A stretch of 64,000 nucleotides of DNA from an uncultured delta proteobacterium. GTDB taxonomy: Bacteria > Desulfobacterota > Binatia > Binatales > Binataceae. The stretch covers positions 1,088,001-1,152,000 of the forward strand of contig CAVXXK010000001.1 of NCBI GenBank assembly GCA_963765675.1, read 5' to 3'. A program made the translations under genes and the position numbers. Of this stretch, positions 63,901 to 64,000 are shown one piece after another (position 1 is the stretch's first letter; each line of letters begins with the position of its first letter). Under the pieces are notes generated by a model. That model was not told the DNA's origin. It was given only the letters and a program-made list of their open reading frames with translations, and ran no database searches.

Positions 63901-64000
63901 CGCAGCTTAAGGCCGGCGGCTCCGAATACATAACCGATCGGTGTCTTACATTTGTCGCGACGGCGTTAGGCCGCGCCGGTCGGTTCGAAGAGGGACTCGC
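60910..64000 (+). CDS. Double zinc ribbon + adenylate/guanylate cyclase + AAA ATPase + TPR protein (frameshifted, runs off the window)
   Basis: CxxC x4, ERKTVTSLFADIKGS, GDG, FVGRQNE, AEAGVGKSRL, EDLHW, GNPFF, FKHALTHDVAY; breaks near 62750 and beyond about 63530. Confidence 0.88.

Overview
GC-rich bacterial chromosome segment with two tRNA-integrated elements. From left to right: (1) the end of an element integrated at tRNA-Val(CAC), with excisionase, Zn-finger protein and tyrosine integrase; (2) about 33 kb of mostly housekeeping genes (pcnB, ilvE, amtB, qNor, mreBCD-mrdA-rodA, ppiD, queE, larC, dksA, galU), interrupted by two VapBC pairs and a low-GC three-gene island (TIGR04255-like protein, unknown protein, ART-like toxin candidate); (3) a complete integrative mobilizable element of about 24.2 kb at tRNA-Ala(CGC), bounded by 24-bp direct repeats at 35525-35548 and 59695-59718; (4) a GST and a frameshifted cyclase/AAA/TPR gene. 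The tRNA-Ala element carries int/xis, an XRE-ImmA switch, a MOBF relaxase, a coupling protein, a lone pilin, two TA pairs and a type I-G CRISPR-Cas system with 41 repeats. The most notable observation is a hidden one-spacer mini-CRISPR (52776-52869) between the divergent cas operons. It has its own promoter and terminator, and its guide matches a TTC-PAM-flanked site beside the promoter of the cas interference operon, upstream of an unknown small ORF. This is a candidate type I-G crRNA-like autoregulatory or toxin-antitoxin module. Many accessory genes carry single-base frameshifts that may be sequencing errors. All family assignments are from motif recognition, not database searches.
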